A DNA stretch of 64,000 bases from an uncultured delta proteobacterium (GTDB lineage: Bacteria; Desulfobacterota; Binatia; Bin18), in contig CAVTCR010000053.1 in assembly GCA_963733195.1 (NCBI GenBank), forward strand, positions 1 to 64,000. Reading direction: 5' to 3'. Under the pieces are notes generated by a model. It searched no databases and was not told the DNA's origin. It saw nothing but the letters and a program-made list of their open reading frames with translations. Both the position numbers and the translations under genes were made by a program. Shown in pieces: positions 33,207-43,705 of this stretch. Numbering within the stretch: the first letter of the stretch is position 1; the number at the start of each line of letters is the position of its first letter.

Positions 33207-34415
33207 ATGGTGTTATCAGTTGATGCCCAACTGCGTGAAATCCAGCGCGGTGTCGTAGATATTATTCCCCTCGAAGAACTCAAGCGAAAGCTGGACACCG
33301 GAAGACCATTGCGAGTGAAGTTGGGGCTCGACCCGTCTGCGCCGGACCTCCATTTTGGCCATACAGTAGTGATGAACAAGCTGCGGCAGTTTCAGCAGCT
33401 TGGCCATACCGTGATCTTTCTGGTTGGGGACTTTACTGCAATGATTGGCGACCCGACGGGACGATCGGAGACTCGCAAACCGCTTACCCCGGATCAGGTG
33501 AAAGCCAATGCAGAAACCTATACAAAACAGGCATTTAAGATCCTTGATCCCGCCAAGACCGAGATCCGTTTCAACTCCGAGTGGATGGGGCCATTGTCGT
33601 CCTCTGACATGATTCGCCTGTGTAGCCAATACACGGTAGCGCGGTTACTTGAACGCGACGATTTCTCCAAACGATTCAAGGAAAACACCCCTATCTATGT
33701 ACACGAACTCCTTTACCCACTCGTACAAGGGTACGATTCAGTTGCACTACGTGCGGATGTCGAACTTGGAGGAACCGACCAACGCTTCAATTTGTTGGTG
33801 GGACGAGAGTTGCAACGTACCTATGGCCAAGAGCCGCAAGTGATTCTGACGACTCCGCTGCTTGAAGGGACCGATGGGGTGCAGAAGATGAGCAAGTCTC
33901 TCGGAAATTACATCGGCATTACCGACCCACCAAATGAGATGTATGGGAAAGTGATGTCAATTTCCGACAGTTTGATGAACAGATACTACGAGTTACTGAG
34001 CACCGTAGATTTAGCGCGGCTTCAAGAGATTCGAGACGGGAAAGTTCATCCCCTTGAAGCCAAGAAGCAATTAGCCAATGAATTAGTCACACGCTTTCAC
34101 GATAGCGCTGCAGCGGCTGGTGCAGCTAAAGATTTTACCCAGCGCTTTCAACGGCGTGAGTTGCCGACCGAGATTGAGACTTTTGCTTGGAGTGGGGAAG
34201 AACAAACAGTCTGGATCTGCCATCTGCTGCGCACCGCCGGTTTGGCCAAATCGACCAGCGAAGCCCGTCGGTCGATTCAACAGGGTGGTGTGCGACTCGA
34301 TGGTGTTGCGGTCTCTGATCAAGACTTACAAGTAACAGCAAAAGGTGAAGTGATCCTCCAGGTTGGGCGCCGGCGTGTGATCAAGATTGTCTTTCCTTCT
34401 GCTTCTTCTGTGTGA
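33207..34415 (+). CDS. tyrS: Tyrosine-tRNA ligase
   Basis: [22 protein letters not shown]-terminal S4 domain. Confidence 0.96.
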   Translation: MVLSVDAQLREIQRGVVDIIPLEELKRKLDTGRPLRVKLGLDPSAPDLHFGHTVVMNKLRQFQQLGHTVIFLVGDFTAMIGDPTGRSETRKPLTPDQVKANAETYTKQAFKILDPAKTEIRFNSEWMGPLSSSDMIRLCSQYTVARLLERDDFSKRFKENTPIYVHELLYPLVQGYDSVALRADVELGGTDQRFNLLVGRELQRTYGQEPQVILTTPLLEGTDGVQKMSKSLGNYIGITDPPNEMYGKVMSISDSLMNRYYELLSTVDLARLQEIRDGKVHPLEAKKQLANELVTRFHDSAAAAGAAKDFTQRFQRRELPTEIETFAWSGEEQTVWICHLLRTAGLAKSTSEARRSIQQGGVRLDGVAVSDQDLQVTAKGEVILQVGRRRVIKIVFPSASSV

Positions 34416-34418
34416 GCT

Positions 34419-35354
34419 GTGGCACGCCGCTCTTCTCCCTCATCAATATCGCCTCCGACGACCAAGTCGCAATTCCGCTGTGGTTTTGTCGCGCTGGTCG
34501 GACGACCGAACGTCGGTAAATCAACTTTGTTGAATGCCCTGGTTGGGAGCAAGTTGGCGATCGTCAGCCCCAAGCCGCAAACCACGCGAACGCGTTTACT
34601 CGGCATAAAAACCTTGCCACAGGCGCAGCTCATATTCGTTGATACGCCGGGGATTCATACTCATACTGGTCCGTTGCTCAACCGGCGCATGGTCGAAGTT
34701 GCCTTCAGCGCTCTGACAGAAACCGATGTCACCGTGTTGGTCATTGATGCCGTACAGGGGATTATGTCCGCGGACCACGAGATTGCACGACGCTTAGGCG
34801 ATGGCCAACATCCAGTGATTATCGCCCTAAACAAAATTGATCGCGTGGCAAAATCGCGACTCTTGCCTATCCTTGAGCAATTAGTGACGCTTCTGCCTGA
34901 CCGAGAGATCGTGCCGGTGAGTGCACTCACCGGAGAGAACCTCTCCGAATTGATGACCACCATCATTGGCTCGTTGCCGCTTGGACCGGCGTTATATCCT
35001 GATGATGAGCTTACTGACCAAAGCGAACGGGTGCTGGCACAGGAAATGATTCGCGAGCAAGTATTTCTGCAGACGCAGCAGGAGATTCCGTATGCGACTG
35101 CCGTACTCGTCGAGGAGTTTATCGAGAAACCTGAGAAGCACGTGCTGTTTATTCGCGCGCTTATTACGGTGGAACGCTCTTCGCAGCGAGCGATTATTAT
35201 CGGCGAACGCGGCGCTCGCCTCACACAGATCGGTCAAGCTGCACGGTTGCAGCTTGAGGCCTTTTTCGGGGTTAAGGTCTTCTTAGAACTGTTTGTGAAA
35301 GTCTCCAAAGGGTGGACGAACAGTCAGCATTTGCTGAAGGAATTTGGCTTGTAA
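34419..35354 (+). CDS. era: GTPase Era
   Basis: GRPNVGKST, PQTTR, DTPG, NKID, KH domain. Confidence 0.96.
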   Translation: MARRSSPSSISPPTTKSQFRCGFVALVGRPNVGKSTLLNALVGSKLAIVSPKPQTTRTRLLGIKTLPQAQLIFVDTPGIHTHTGPLLNRRMVEVAFSALTETDVTVLVIDAVQGIMSADHEIARRLGDGQHPVIIALNKIDRVAKSRLLPILEQLVTLLPDREIVPVSALTGENLSELMTTIIGSLPLGPALYPDDELTDQSERVLAQEMIREQVFLQTQQEIPYATAVLVEEFIEKPEKHVLFIRALITVERSSQRAIIIGERGARLTQIGQAARLQLEAFFGVKVFLELFVKVSKGWTNSQHLLKEFGL

Positions 35355-35363
35355 GGGGAAGAA

Positions 35364-36590
35364 ATGAAACACTGGCTGCCTATTGTGTATGCGTCGATAT
35401 TGCCTTTGCAGTGGCTGATCCTGCACTTCTCTGGAGTGCATCTTGAGCCCCATTGGGAAGCTCTTTCCTCGGGGATTTCCATCTTTGGCGCGGCGTTCTT
35501 GTTGTCCTGGGGAGCAGAGCTTGCCCAGCTCGACATTCCACAAGCCTTAGCCATTGCGTTTCTCGCGTTGATTGCAGTGCTGCCGGAGTATGCGGTCGAT
35601 ATGTATTTTGCCTGGCAAGCGGGAAAAGATCCTGCCTATGTTTCCTATGCGACAGCCAATATGACTGGTGCGAACCGTCTCTTGATTGGGGTTGGCTGGG
35701 CGACAGTTGTCATTGCCTTCTGGCTGAAAAGTGGCCTGCGCGAGATCCTACTCCTCAAGCAGCAGCGGCTTGAGGTGTGGGCCCTGGTAGTGGCGACACT
35801 GTACTCGTTTGTCATTCCACTGAAGGCAACGCTGTCGCTGGTTGATTCATTTTTTCTGATCCTCCTTTTTATCGCCTATATGATTGTGGCGTCGCGAGCC
35901 CATGTGGTCGAGCCGGAACTGGAAGGTCCGCCAGAGATGATCGCCCGCTTTGCCCCAGGGATACGACGCGCTTTTGCGCTGGGCTTCTTCGTTTATGCCG
36001 GGTTGACGATCTTCTCTGCCGCCGAGCCGTTTGCGGAAAGTCTACTCAAATCTGGGCGCACGTTAGGAATCGAGGAGTTTGTGCTGGTGCAGTGGCTCGC
36101 CCCGTTAGCCTCTGAATCGCCTGAGTTCATTGTTGCAATTCTTTTTGCTTTGCGAGGGAACCCGCAGGCGGGATTCGGTACACTTATTTCGTCCACGGTG
36201 AATCAGTGGACGCTGTTAGTCGGTATGCTACCTATTTGTTATAGCATATCGGCTGGACACATAGGCGCGATGCACCTTGATGCTCGGCAGGTAAGTGAAG
36301 TGCTCCTGACTTCGGCGCAGTCGATTTTTGCACTAGTGGTGATTGCCAACTTCCGTTTCTCCCTGACTGAAGCGGGATTACTTTTGGGACTCTTTGCCGT
36401 CCAGTTATTTTTTCCCTCGCCGCAGTTCAGATTTGCGTACTCGATTGTGTACGTCGTGATCGCACTAGGTATCGTCATTCTAACGCGGGATACCCGACTC
36501 TCGGTCGTGGCTGGTATTCCACGACCCTTGCGTCGTCCTTTGCAGCGACAACTGATGAAAGCAAAGCGACAACACAGCGCCCGTGGGTGA
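35364..36590 (+). CDS. CaCA-family sodium:calcium/proton antiporter
   Basis: alpha-1 AVLPEY..ANMTGAN and alpha-2 ASESPEF..ISSTVNQ repeats. Confidence 0.85.
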   Translation: MKHWLPIVYASILPLQWLILHFSGVHLEPHWEALSSGISIFGAAFLLSWGAELAQLDIPQALAIAFLALIAVLPEYAVDMYFAWQAGKDPAYVSYATANMTGANRLLIGVGWATVVIAFWLKSGLREILLLKQQRLEVWALVVATLYSFVIPLKATLSLVDSFFLILLFIAYMIVASRAHVVEPELEGPPEMIARFAPGIRRAFALGFFVYAGLTIFSAAEPFAESLLKSGRTLGIEEFVLVQWLAPLASESPEFIVAILFALRGNPQAGFGTLISSTVNQWTLLVGMLPICYSISAGHIGAMHLDARQVSEVLLTSAQSIFALVVIANFRFSLTEAGLLLGLFAVQLFFPSPQFRFAYSIVYVVIALGIVILTRDTRLSVVAGIPRPLRRPLQRQLMKAKRQHSARG

Positions 36591-36633
36591 TACTCTGCTA
36601 TTTTCCCCAAGGGGATAACAAAGAACAGCGGCT

Positions 36634-38283
36634 TTAACTCCGCATCCCTACGGAGCTAGCTTCGGTTGCCACGGACAAGCTTTGTTCGTGGCCCAGGCTG
36701 ACCCTAATTTTCCCTTCTGGCTCGCCCTCAGGCTCATTGCGCGGAACCCACACGCGAAAGATTGAGCCTTGTCCGACCTTGCTCTCGACTTCAATCGTAC
36801 CATGCACGAGTTCCAGCAAACGCCGGACGACGTAGAGACCTAGTCCCATACCGCCATACCGCCGAGTCATTGAGCTGTCGCCTTGCCGGAACATTTCAAA
36901 AATTTCTGGGAGCACGTCTGGCTCGATGCCAATCCCAGTATCGGAGATTGTCACTAGCACCCCTTCGTTTCGCAGATAGGCATCGACGGTAATACGTCCT
37001 TTCTCAGTGAATTTTGCTGCGTTACTGAGAAGATTTTTCAGTACGACTTTGAGTTTGGTTCGATCCGAATAAACCGGAGGTAACACAGTCGGTACCCGTC
37101 GGAGGTATCGCACGTTTGGCTTCTCGCGTAATTCTCGGATTTCTGTTTCTACCTCATCCATCAAATCTGAAAGATGGACTGGCCGGAGATCGACGGCCAC
37201 TTGCGCTGCTTCCATACGGCAAACATCAAGCATCGCAGTAATTAATTCTCGCAAACTCCTGGCGCTTTTTTCGATTCGTTGCAAAGGTTCTTCTTGCTCG
37301 GGCGCGAGCCGTCCAAAATTTTGCTGTAAGAGGAGTTCTGTATACCCCATAATGAGATTGATCGGCGTTCGCAGTTCATGCGACATGGTTGCCAAAAGAT
37401 CTGACTTGAGACGATTAGCGGTCTCCAAATCTTTTGCCCGTGCTCGTGCCGTATGCGCGAGTTGAATGGCAACACCAAGCAGCCCAGCGAGCGCTAACCC
37501 ACCAACTAAGACGACGCCAGGAAGGAGAGATCGCGCCCCAGCAAGTGGTTTACGCCGTGGCCAGATACGAACACGCCAATGCAAATCATGGAGGTCGATT
37601 GTCAATTCCTGGCCCCAAGACATTTCATACTTCCGACTTGAGTCAGTATGGCTATACACTTCACGCTCGTCTTCAAAAATGGCGACGGCGTACTCTGGGG
37701 CAAGATTCTCATGCAAGATGGAATTAAATAACTCTTGAAAAGCGAAGATCCCGGCAATGGTCCCGTCAAACTCTCCGTCGCGAAAGATTGGGACATAGGC
37801 GAGAAAGCCTTTTTTCCCAGGCGTGAGTTCTACGGCAGATGTGACAACTACCTCACGACGCGCCAGCACTGCCTCTACGACCTGTCGCTGGCGTTCACGA
37901 AATAACATATCGACTTCTTGTGCAACTTCTCCCCCAAGAGAAGGAACAACCCAACGGGTCAGCAACCACGGGTCGAGCCATGCCACAGCATGGTAGCCAG
38001 GGAAGTGCCCCATATTCAGTTCTGCTGCGGCTTCCCACTCCTTTTGCGTTGGTCGCCCTTCGTCTTCCCACTGCCGCGCCATGTTTGTGAGCGCTAGAAT
38101 ACGCGATTGGACACGGGCAATGATTTCATTTCGCATGTTTGCTGATTCTTTGCGAATCAGTCGTTCGACTTGCATTTGCTGTTCGGCAAGTAGTCCCCAC
38201 CATACCGCTATCGTTACTATGGCAACACTGGCTGTCACCGTGAATGGATGTTTGACGAATTGTGCAAGTTTGTTCGTCGCCAC
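36634..38283 (-). CDS. Sensor histidine kinase with CHASE-like periplasmic domain
   Basis: Two TMs, SHELRTP H-box, NLLSNAAKFT, DTGIGI, GMGLGL. Confidence 0.9.
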   Translation of the reverse strand: MATNKLAQFVKHPFTVTASVAIVTIAVWWGLLAEQQMQVERLIRKESANMRNEIIARVQSRILALTNMARQWEDEGRPTQKEWEAAAELNMGHFPGYHAVAWLDPWLLTRWVVPSLGGEVAQEVDMLFRERQRQVVEAVLARREVVVTSAVELTPGKKGFLAYVPIFRDGEFDGTIAGIFAFQELFNSILHENLAPEYAVAIFEDEREVYSHTDSSRKYEMSWGQELTIDLHDLHWRVRIWPRRKPLAGARSLLPGVVLVGGLALAGLLGVAIQLAHTARARAKDLETANRLKSDLLATMSHELRTPINLIMGYTELLLQQNFGRLAPEQEEPLQRIEKSARSLRELITAMLDVCRMEAAQVAVDLRPVHLSDLMDEVETEIRELREKPNVRYLRRVPTVLPPVYSDRTKLKVVLKNLLSNAAKFTEKGRITVDAYLRNEGVLVTISDTGIGIEPDVLPEIFEMFRQGDSSMTRRYGGMGLGLYVVRRLLELVHGTIEVESKVGQGSIFRVWVPRNEPEGEPEGKIRVSLGHEQSLSVATEASSVGMRS

Positions 38284-38718
38284 GGTTTACCCCCCCACTA
38301 CATTTTCGAGAGAGAGTTGGGCAGGACCAGAACTCGGGTCCTGAGTATCTTCGTCTCCTTTTTCCACCTTCTCCACCACCACCGTCGATCCGACCTGATT
38401 ACCTCTCTTGCAAGCACTCCAGATGACCTATAGGCAGAAAAATCAGAGGCGTTACCTCCTTTTCTGCTGTCATCAAAGTGTGGAGTTATTGCGTACTAGA
38501 GTAAGCGTCACTAGCTCAGTATTTACGAGAGCTGACGTTGCATACCGCCCCATAGAAAATCGTGCCGCCCCAAGAATCTACCTTCTTTCTGTACGATTGG
38601 CAAACTTTTCGGCAAGAAATTTTCTTATCGAATCCTGTCTCAGCACCATTGAGCGGTCACACAGTATTGCTTATGGTGATACAAACATAACATTGTGGCT
38701 CGCATGCAAGGAGTATAG

Positions 38719-39747
38719 ATGGAACAACATTGGTACGGAAACCGTCCTCAGCTTTGGCTGATGGTGTTGTCGTTTGTCCTTGTTACCGCACCGACGGTAC
38801 ATGCCGAAGGTGTAACCTCATCATCTTGGGCGGTGCTTAATGGTCGCAATATTACAGAAGCGGACCTATCTGCGGTCAACAATGGACAAACTGCGCGGAC
38901 GATGCATAACCAAGTGTATCAAGCCCGCAAACAGGCGCTTGATGCCTTTATTACGGACCAGTTACTGGTAGATGAAGCAAAGAAACGCGGCATATCGCGC
39001 GAGCAGCTTGTCCAACAAGAAGTTGATGCGAAAATCGCAGAGCCGACAGCGGCAGAAATTGAACAACTCTATAATGCGAACAAAGCACGTCTCGGTGGGA
39101 AGTCACTTGAGGAATCAAAGCCCACTATTATTTCTCATCTCAAAGGCCAGAAGCGTCAGACGCAAATGCAAGACTTTGTCCGTAGTCTACGGCGAGCTGC
39201 CGGTGTCAAGATGTTGTTAAAACCTCCGCCGCTCAATGTGACTCTTGATGGTGCGCCTACCCGTGGCCCGGCCACTGCTCCGGTGACGATTGTCGAGTTC
39301 TCAGATTTCCAATGACCGTACTGCGCTCGAGTTCAGTCTGAACTCGCCAAGGTTCGTGAGATCTATAAAGATAAAGTCAAAATTGTGTACAAAGATTATC
39401 CTCTAGAATTTCACAAGGATGCACGGAAAGCAGCGGAAGCTTCTCACTGTGCCGGAGAGCAGGGGAAATATTGGGAGTACCATGACGTACTGTTTGCGAA
39501 CACCAACGCTCTTGGTGTTGCCAATCTTAAGAAATATGCAACCGACCTAAAATTGGAAGTGAATCAGTTCACTACCTGCTTAGACAGTGGGAAGTATGCA
39601 GCAGCGATTACCAAGGATACTGCTGAGGGAGTCCAGGCTGGGGTAACTGGGACACCGGCGTTTTTCATCAATGGTCGTTTCCTTTCTGGAGCCCAACCGT
39701 TCGCGTCGTTCCAGGATGCAATTGAGGAAGTGCTGGAAACGCAGTGA
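38719..39747 (+). CDS. Secreted DsbA-family thioredoxin with SurA-N-like domain; probable selenoprotein (UGA at 39313-39315, UPYC)
   Basis: ORFs 38719-39315 and 39385-39747 share a frame; EFSDFQ-TGA-PYC places UGA at the N-terminal Cys of CxxC; GVTGTPAFFING cis-Pro loop. Confidence 0.88.
39328..39346 (+). promoter_or_regulatory. Bacterial SECIS-like hairpin
   Basis: CGAGTTCA-GTC-TGAACTCG perfect 8-bp stem starting 12 nt after the UGA; G in the apical loop. Confidence 0.75.
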
Positions 39748-39865
39748 AAGACTGAGGACTGAGTGCTCAGGACTGAGTTTAGAAAGTTTCAAGTTTAACG
39801 TTTAAGGTTCAAAGTTTACGGATTACGTTTTACGCATCACATTTTACGCTTTGCACTTTGCAACT
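39748..39865. repeat. Composite degenerate heptamer tandem array
   Basis: AGGACTG-type units, then AAGTTTA-type, then CGTTTTA/CGCATCA-type, then CACTTTG-type. Confidence 0.75.
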
Positions 39866-39931
39866 GATCGTCCTTCTCCGTCTGCTGTACCCCTCTTGGC
39901 GGGTCAGAAACGGCTATGGTAATTGTTGCGC

Positions 39932-41141
39932 ATGGCTGACAACACAACCAAAACTGAACGTCGAGTGACGCCGGGTGCACCACCACCCCGACCAACTACT
40001 ATCACCCCTCGAACTTGGCCGCTCTTGGCGATCCGCATCCTTGCCTTCGTGGGGATGTGTATTGCCGTGTATTTATCCGTTCTTCATTACCAGGCTGGCA
40101 CGCACGGAACCTTCGCTTCGCCTTTGTGCACCATCAGTTCGACAATTAACTGCAACGCCGTCTTAGGGAGTGTCTACGCGCGGCTCTTTGGCGTGCCGAT
40201 TGCCACTTGGGCAGCGCTCACCTATGCCGCCATATTGGGTGTGTCTTTCCTTGGTTCGATTAGTGTTCTCGTTTTTTTGTGTAGCTGGTCTTTCATTTTC
40301 TCTCTCTACATGGCCGGTCTCTCGCTGTTCACTCTTCAGGCGGGATGCCTCTTCTGCATGAGCTTGTATGCCGTTAATATCGGCCTCTTCATCAGTGCGC
40401 TTGCACTGACCAAGCAGGCGAGGAATTTTAGTTTTCGGCAGTTGCAGTATGGCCTTGCGGCATGTGTAGTCCTGGCTCTCGCGTTCGGTTGGGCACAAGC
40501 GAAACTTGCCGATACAATTACTCCCCCCGGAGGTCTCTTCAGACAAAGGCTTCACGGAAACCTATGACAAACTACGTCAGGTCACGCTCAACGTTGCAGA
40601 GAGAAACACCAAAGGTTCACCACAAGCGGCAGTAACCATCAGTGAATTTCTTGACTTTCGCTGTCCCGCATGTGCCCGCGCTCGTGAGACGCTCTCAAAA
40701 CTTGTCGAAAAGTATCCCAACGACGTGCGTGTGGTTTTTCATTCGTACCCACTCGACAACGAATGCAATTCCAGCCTGCCACAGCAAGTGCATGCTGCGT
40801 CCTGCCTGGCATCCTATGCCGCGGAGTGTGCCAGTGAACAAGGAAAGTTCTGGGAATTTGCTGATCGGTTGTTTGCCGATCAGCAACGAGTATTCTCCCG
40901 TCCAGACCTTGAAGTTCATGCGGGCGCCGTAGGGCTCGACATCAATAGCTTCAACACGTGTATGAACAGCGGGCAGACGAAAGGGATAGTTCGCCGGGAT
41001 GTTGAGGAAGGAATACGTATCGGTGTGAATGCAACGCCTACACTAGTGATCAACGGACGCGTCGCTGAAGGGCTACCCACTCCTGAACAGTTTGACACCA
41101 TCGTCGCAATTGAGAAGCAACGAGCGATGGCAAGCAAGTGA
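39932..41141 (+). CDS. VKOR-DsbA fusion protein (frameshift near 40520)
   Basis: VKOR LCTISSTINCNAV and CLFC; thioredoxin DFRCPAC, GVNATPTLVING. Confidence 0.88.
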
Positions 41142-41142
41142 T

Positions 41143-41190
41143 GAGGACTGAGGACTGAGTCGACGAGGACTAAGGACTGAGGACTCAGTC
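41143..41190 (+). repeat. AGGACTG heptamer array (left flank of the four-helix-bundle gene)
   Basis: gAGGACTG AGGACTG AGTCGACG AGGACTA AGGACTG AGGACTC. Confidence 0.8.
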
Positions 41191-41605
41191 AGAAGTTTCC
41201 TCGTTGTTCAGATTTCTCTGTTTCTCGACTGAGACGCGTAAGCCTCCAACAATACGAGCCAAGTTCTTCTGGCCAAGGACAAGAGCGTATCAAAAGTCGA
41301 TTGGTCAAGTATGGCCAACGTCGAGAGCGACGTAAAGCTGAGACCGAACTTCAGCGCAGGATGCTTTTGCCACAGAGAGCAAATTGGTGGAATTCTCCAC
41401 GTCCTCCTCGTTCAAATCCTTCGGCAATATTCGACATGATAGACACTGCAGCGCGTTGGATTTGCCCTGAGAGTCCAAAGTCTTTGGCGAAAGAGCCTTT
41501 CTGGGTGATCGCATAGATTTCTCGGGTGAGGATTCTTGCCTTCTGCCATGCTACCAAATCCTCAAACCGCTCGATACGTTTGACTCGATCAGCTTTATTC
41601 TCCAT
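41185..41605 (-). CDS. Four helix bundle protein (23S rRNA IVP/bAvd-like family), frameshifted
   Basis: [11 protein letters not shown]...[25 protein letters not shown]...[16 protein letters not shown]. Confidence 0.88.
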
Positions 41606-41637
41606 ACTCAGTCCTCATTACTCAGTCACTCAGTCCT
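41606..41637 (-). repeat. Inverted CAGTCCT/CTCAG heptamer array (right flank)
   Basis: ACTCAGTCCTCATTACTCAGTCACTCAGTCCT, reverse complement of the left array type. Confidence 0.8.
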
Positions 41638-41640
41638 TTC

Positions 41641-42312
41641 CTACGCGACGATGACATGCTCCTTCGTAATAATCACCGGAAGTTTCCCTGGTGCAATGAA
41701 GTTGGGCTCATCGGCTCGTGTGCGGTCATATTCTGGTGTGGTCGCTGAGACACGCATCGCTTGTGTATCGTCGAACCAGGTGATGGCGACACCATCGTAT
41801 GCTGGAGCTTTCCCACTCTTATATGCTGACAGTCGCGTGTGGCTTTGCACGTAACGGCGAACCACAGGAATTGAAGCACCAAGTGGGCCATGAATTTCTC
41901 GCCAGTGTTTTTGAAACGCTTCGATCACCATGCCAGGTTTGTGGGTGACGAACTCAATGTTTTTTACTCCATCAGACGGAATCGCCCCGTTTTTGATCAC
42001 GTGTTCCTCTGTAATGATCTGACCCATGGTTGAACGATCAATGAAGTTGAGTTCGTCAGTTTGGGTCGCAGCCAATTCTGCTGTATTGGTTAACGCTCGC
42101 AAGGCATTCGTGTCGTCGTACCAAAGCTCGGCAGTTCCATCATAAACAGGTTCTCCCTTCCGATAGCCGGACACCAAGGTGTGTGATTGTACGTAACGGC
42201 GAAGGCCTGGAAGTCTCTTGACGACCTCAGCATGCGTCGTCCGCCAATATTTCTGGAAATCTTCTACTGCCATCCCAGGTTTACGTTTGAAAAAAGCGAC
42301 AACTTTGACCAT
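41641..42312 (-). CDS. Tandem EthD-domain protein
   Basis: Two repeats of KPGM..E.FQK.WR..H...RRYVQSHT...YDG. Confidence 0.88.
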   Translation of the reverse strand: MVKVVAFFKRKPGMAVEDFQKYWRTTHAEVVKRLPGLRRYVQSHTLVSGYRKGEPVYDGTAELWYDDTNALRALTNTAELAATQTDELNFIDRSTMGQIITEEHVIKNGAIPSDGVKNIEFVTHKPGMVIEAFQKHWREIHGPLGASIPVVRRYVQSHTRLSAYKSGKAPAYDGVAITWFDDTQAMRVSATTPEYDRTRADEPNFIAPGKLPVIITKEHVIVA

Positions 42313-42448
42313 GTTCTAACGCCTCCTTTGAAAATATATGAGTGTAATTGCATGATGGGTTGTAGTCTGGAAAGAACAAGAGGGTCAAGGGAAGCCTCAC
42401 GATCCATTGAGCGTGTATCAGCGAAAGCGTATAAGGGGCCAAAAGAAT

Positions 42449-42515
42449 AAAACGTGGAACGTAAGAGAAAAAAGAAGAGCGTGGTTACGCATCACGTATC
42501 ACGTACTACGTCTCA
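42449..42515. repeat. Inverted heptamer arrays
   Basis: TAAAACG TGGAACG ... TTACGCA TCACGTA TCACGTA CTACGTC. Confidence 0.65.
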
Positions 42516-42546
42516 GGCTTGACATTTTACGCGCTAAGGAGAATCA

Positions 42547-43587
42547 ATGCTTTCCATTGGCTACATGCCGGACACGCACGGTGGTCCCTATGAACAAGCG
42601 GAACCAGAGGCTGAGCGTTCAGCGAACTTTGCCGCGCAGCTCTTGCAAGAATCCGAACAAGCCGAACGTTCTGGATTCGATGGGGTCTTCGTACCAGAGA
42701 GACACGCCCGACCTGAGTGCATGTTTCCGGCACCAACGACGCTTCTCGCTGCGATCGCAGCGCGCACACAACGAGTGAAACTCGGTACCTATGTGCTGAT
42801 GCCACCACTCTACAATCCGGTCCAGTTGGCCGAAGAGACGGCGATGATCGATCTAGTATCGCGTGGCCGTCTGATTTTGGGTCTCGGAGTCGGCTACCAT
42901 CCTCGGTACTTCGATCATGTTGGTGTACCGATCAAGCAACGAGAAGGACGGTTTGAAGAATGCCTAGCGGTGATGCGCCAAGCGTGGACCACTACTGGTC
43001 CCTCTCCGTTTCATGGTCGCTATTATCACTATGACGCTATCCATCTGACCCCGAAGCCGTACCAGAAACCACATCCCCCAGTCTGGATCGGCGCATTTGG
43101 CCCGAAGTCGATTGCCCGTGCCGGACGACTAGGTGAAGTGTGGGGAGCTGCGCCGTTTCTTGACACCGTCGATGCAGTCAAAGAGCAGCTCGATATCTAT
43201 CGTGAGGCGGCAGTGAAAGCTGGAAGAACGCCGCGCGTGGCACTGCTCCGTGATGGTTGGCTCGCGTCAAGTATGGAGGAAGCCGAGCAAACTTTTGGTC
43301 GCTTGTGGGTCGAGGAATGTAAATTCTATTTTCGTTGGGGGATGCTCGCGCCTACGCCTGAGTTCCGTTCAGAATCGGACTTCACGGTGAAAAGTGTTCG
43401 ACGACACATGGTGTTAGGTACGGCGGCTGATTGGCTCGAACAACTCCAGTATTGGCAGACACTTTTCGGCGCTGAATGGCTCATACTCCGCTGTCGTCTT
43501 CCGCTTGGCCCAGGTCCTGAACAGACACACGAATGTATCCAACGGTTAGGGGAGGAAGTGTTACCGCGACTAAAACGTGAAGCGTGA
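42547..43587 (+). CDS. LLM-class flavin-dependent oxidoreductase
   Basis: GFDGVFVPERH, LAAIAARTQRVKLGT, PKPYQKPHPPVWIG. Confidence 0.9.
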   Translation: MLSIGYMPDTHGGPYEQAEPEAERSANFAAQLLQESEQAERSGFDGVFVPERHARPECMFPAPTTLLAAIAARTQRVKLGTYVLMPPLYNPVQLAEETAMIDLVSRGRLILGLGVGYHPRYFDHVGVPIKQREGRFEECLAVMRQAWTTTGPSPFHGRYYHYDAIHLTPKPYQKPHPPVWIGAFGPKSIARAGRLGEVWGAAPFLDTVDAVKEQLDIYREAAVKAGRTPRVALLRDGWLASSMEEAEQTFGRLWVEECKFYFRWGMLAPTPEFRSESDFTVKSVRRHMVLGTAADWLEQLQYWQTLFGAEWLILRCRLPLGPGPEQTHECIQRLGEEVLPRLKREA

Positions 43588-43658
43588 AAGGTGACTACTC
43601 CATTTCCCCCTACGGTTTACGCATTACGTTTTACGCATCACACCTGACGTGCTACGTG
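43571..43658. repeat. Inverted heptamer arrays
   Basis: TAAAACG TGAAGCG TGAAAGG ... TTACGCA TTACGTT TTACGCA TCACACC. Confidence 0.65.
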
Positions 43659-43705
43659 GTGCGTGTTCAGCTTGATTATTCTGTAGTAGAGGAGACCTCA
43701 AGAAT

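Noticed and set aside
38408-38761. 117-aa ORF upstream of the DsbA-like gene
   Set aside because: No RBS or recognisable motif; likely a divergent promoter region.
39313-39315. TGA as a genuine stop or a sequencing substitution
   Set aside because: It falls exactly on the catalytic Cys codon, the frame continues with an intact thioredoxin fold, and a SECIS-like hairpin follows. Errors elsewhere in the window are mostly indels.
39748-39865. Heptamer arrays as CRISPR arrays
   Set aside because: Units are 7-8 bp, degenerate and lack unique 30-40 bp spacers; no cas genes are present.
41185-41605. Diversity-generating retroelement (Avd-like gene)
   Set aside because: No reverse transcriptase or TR/VR pair is visible in the window.
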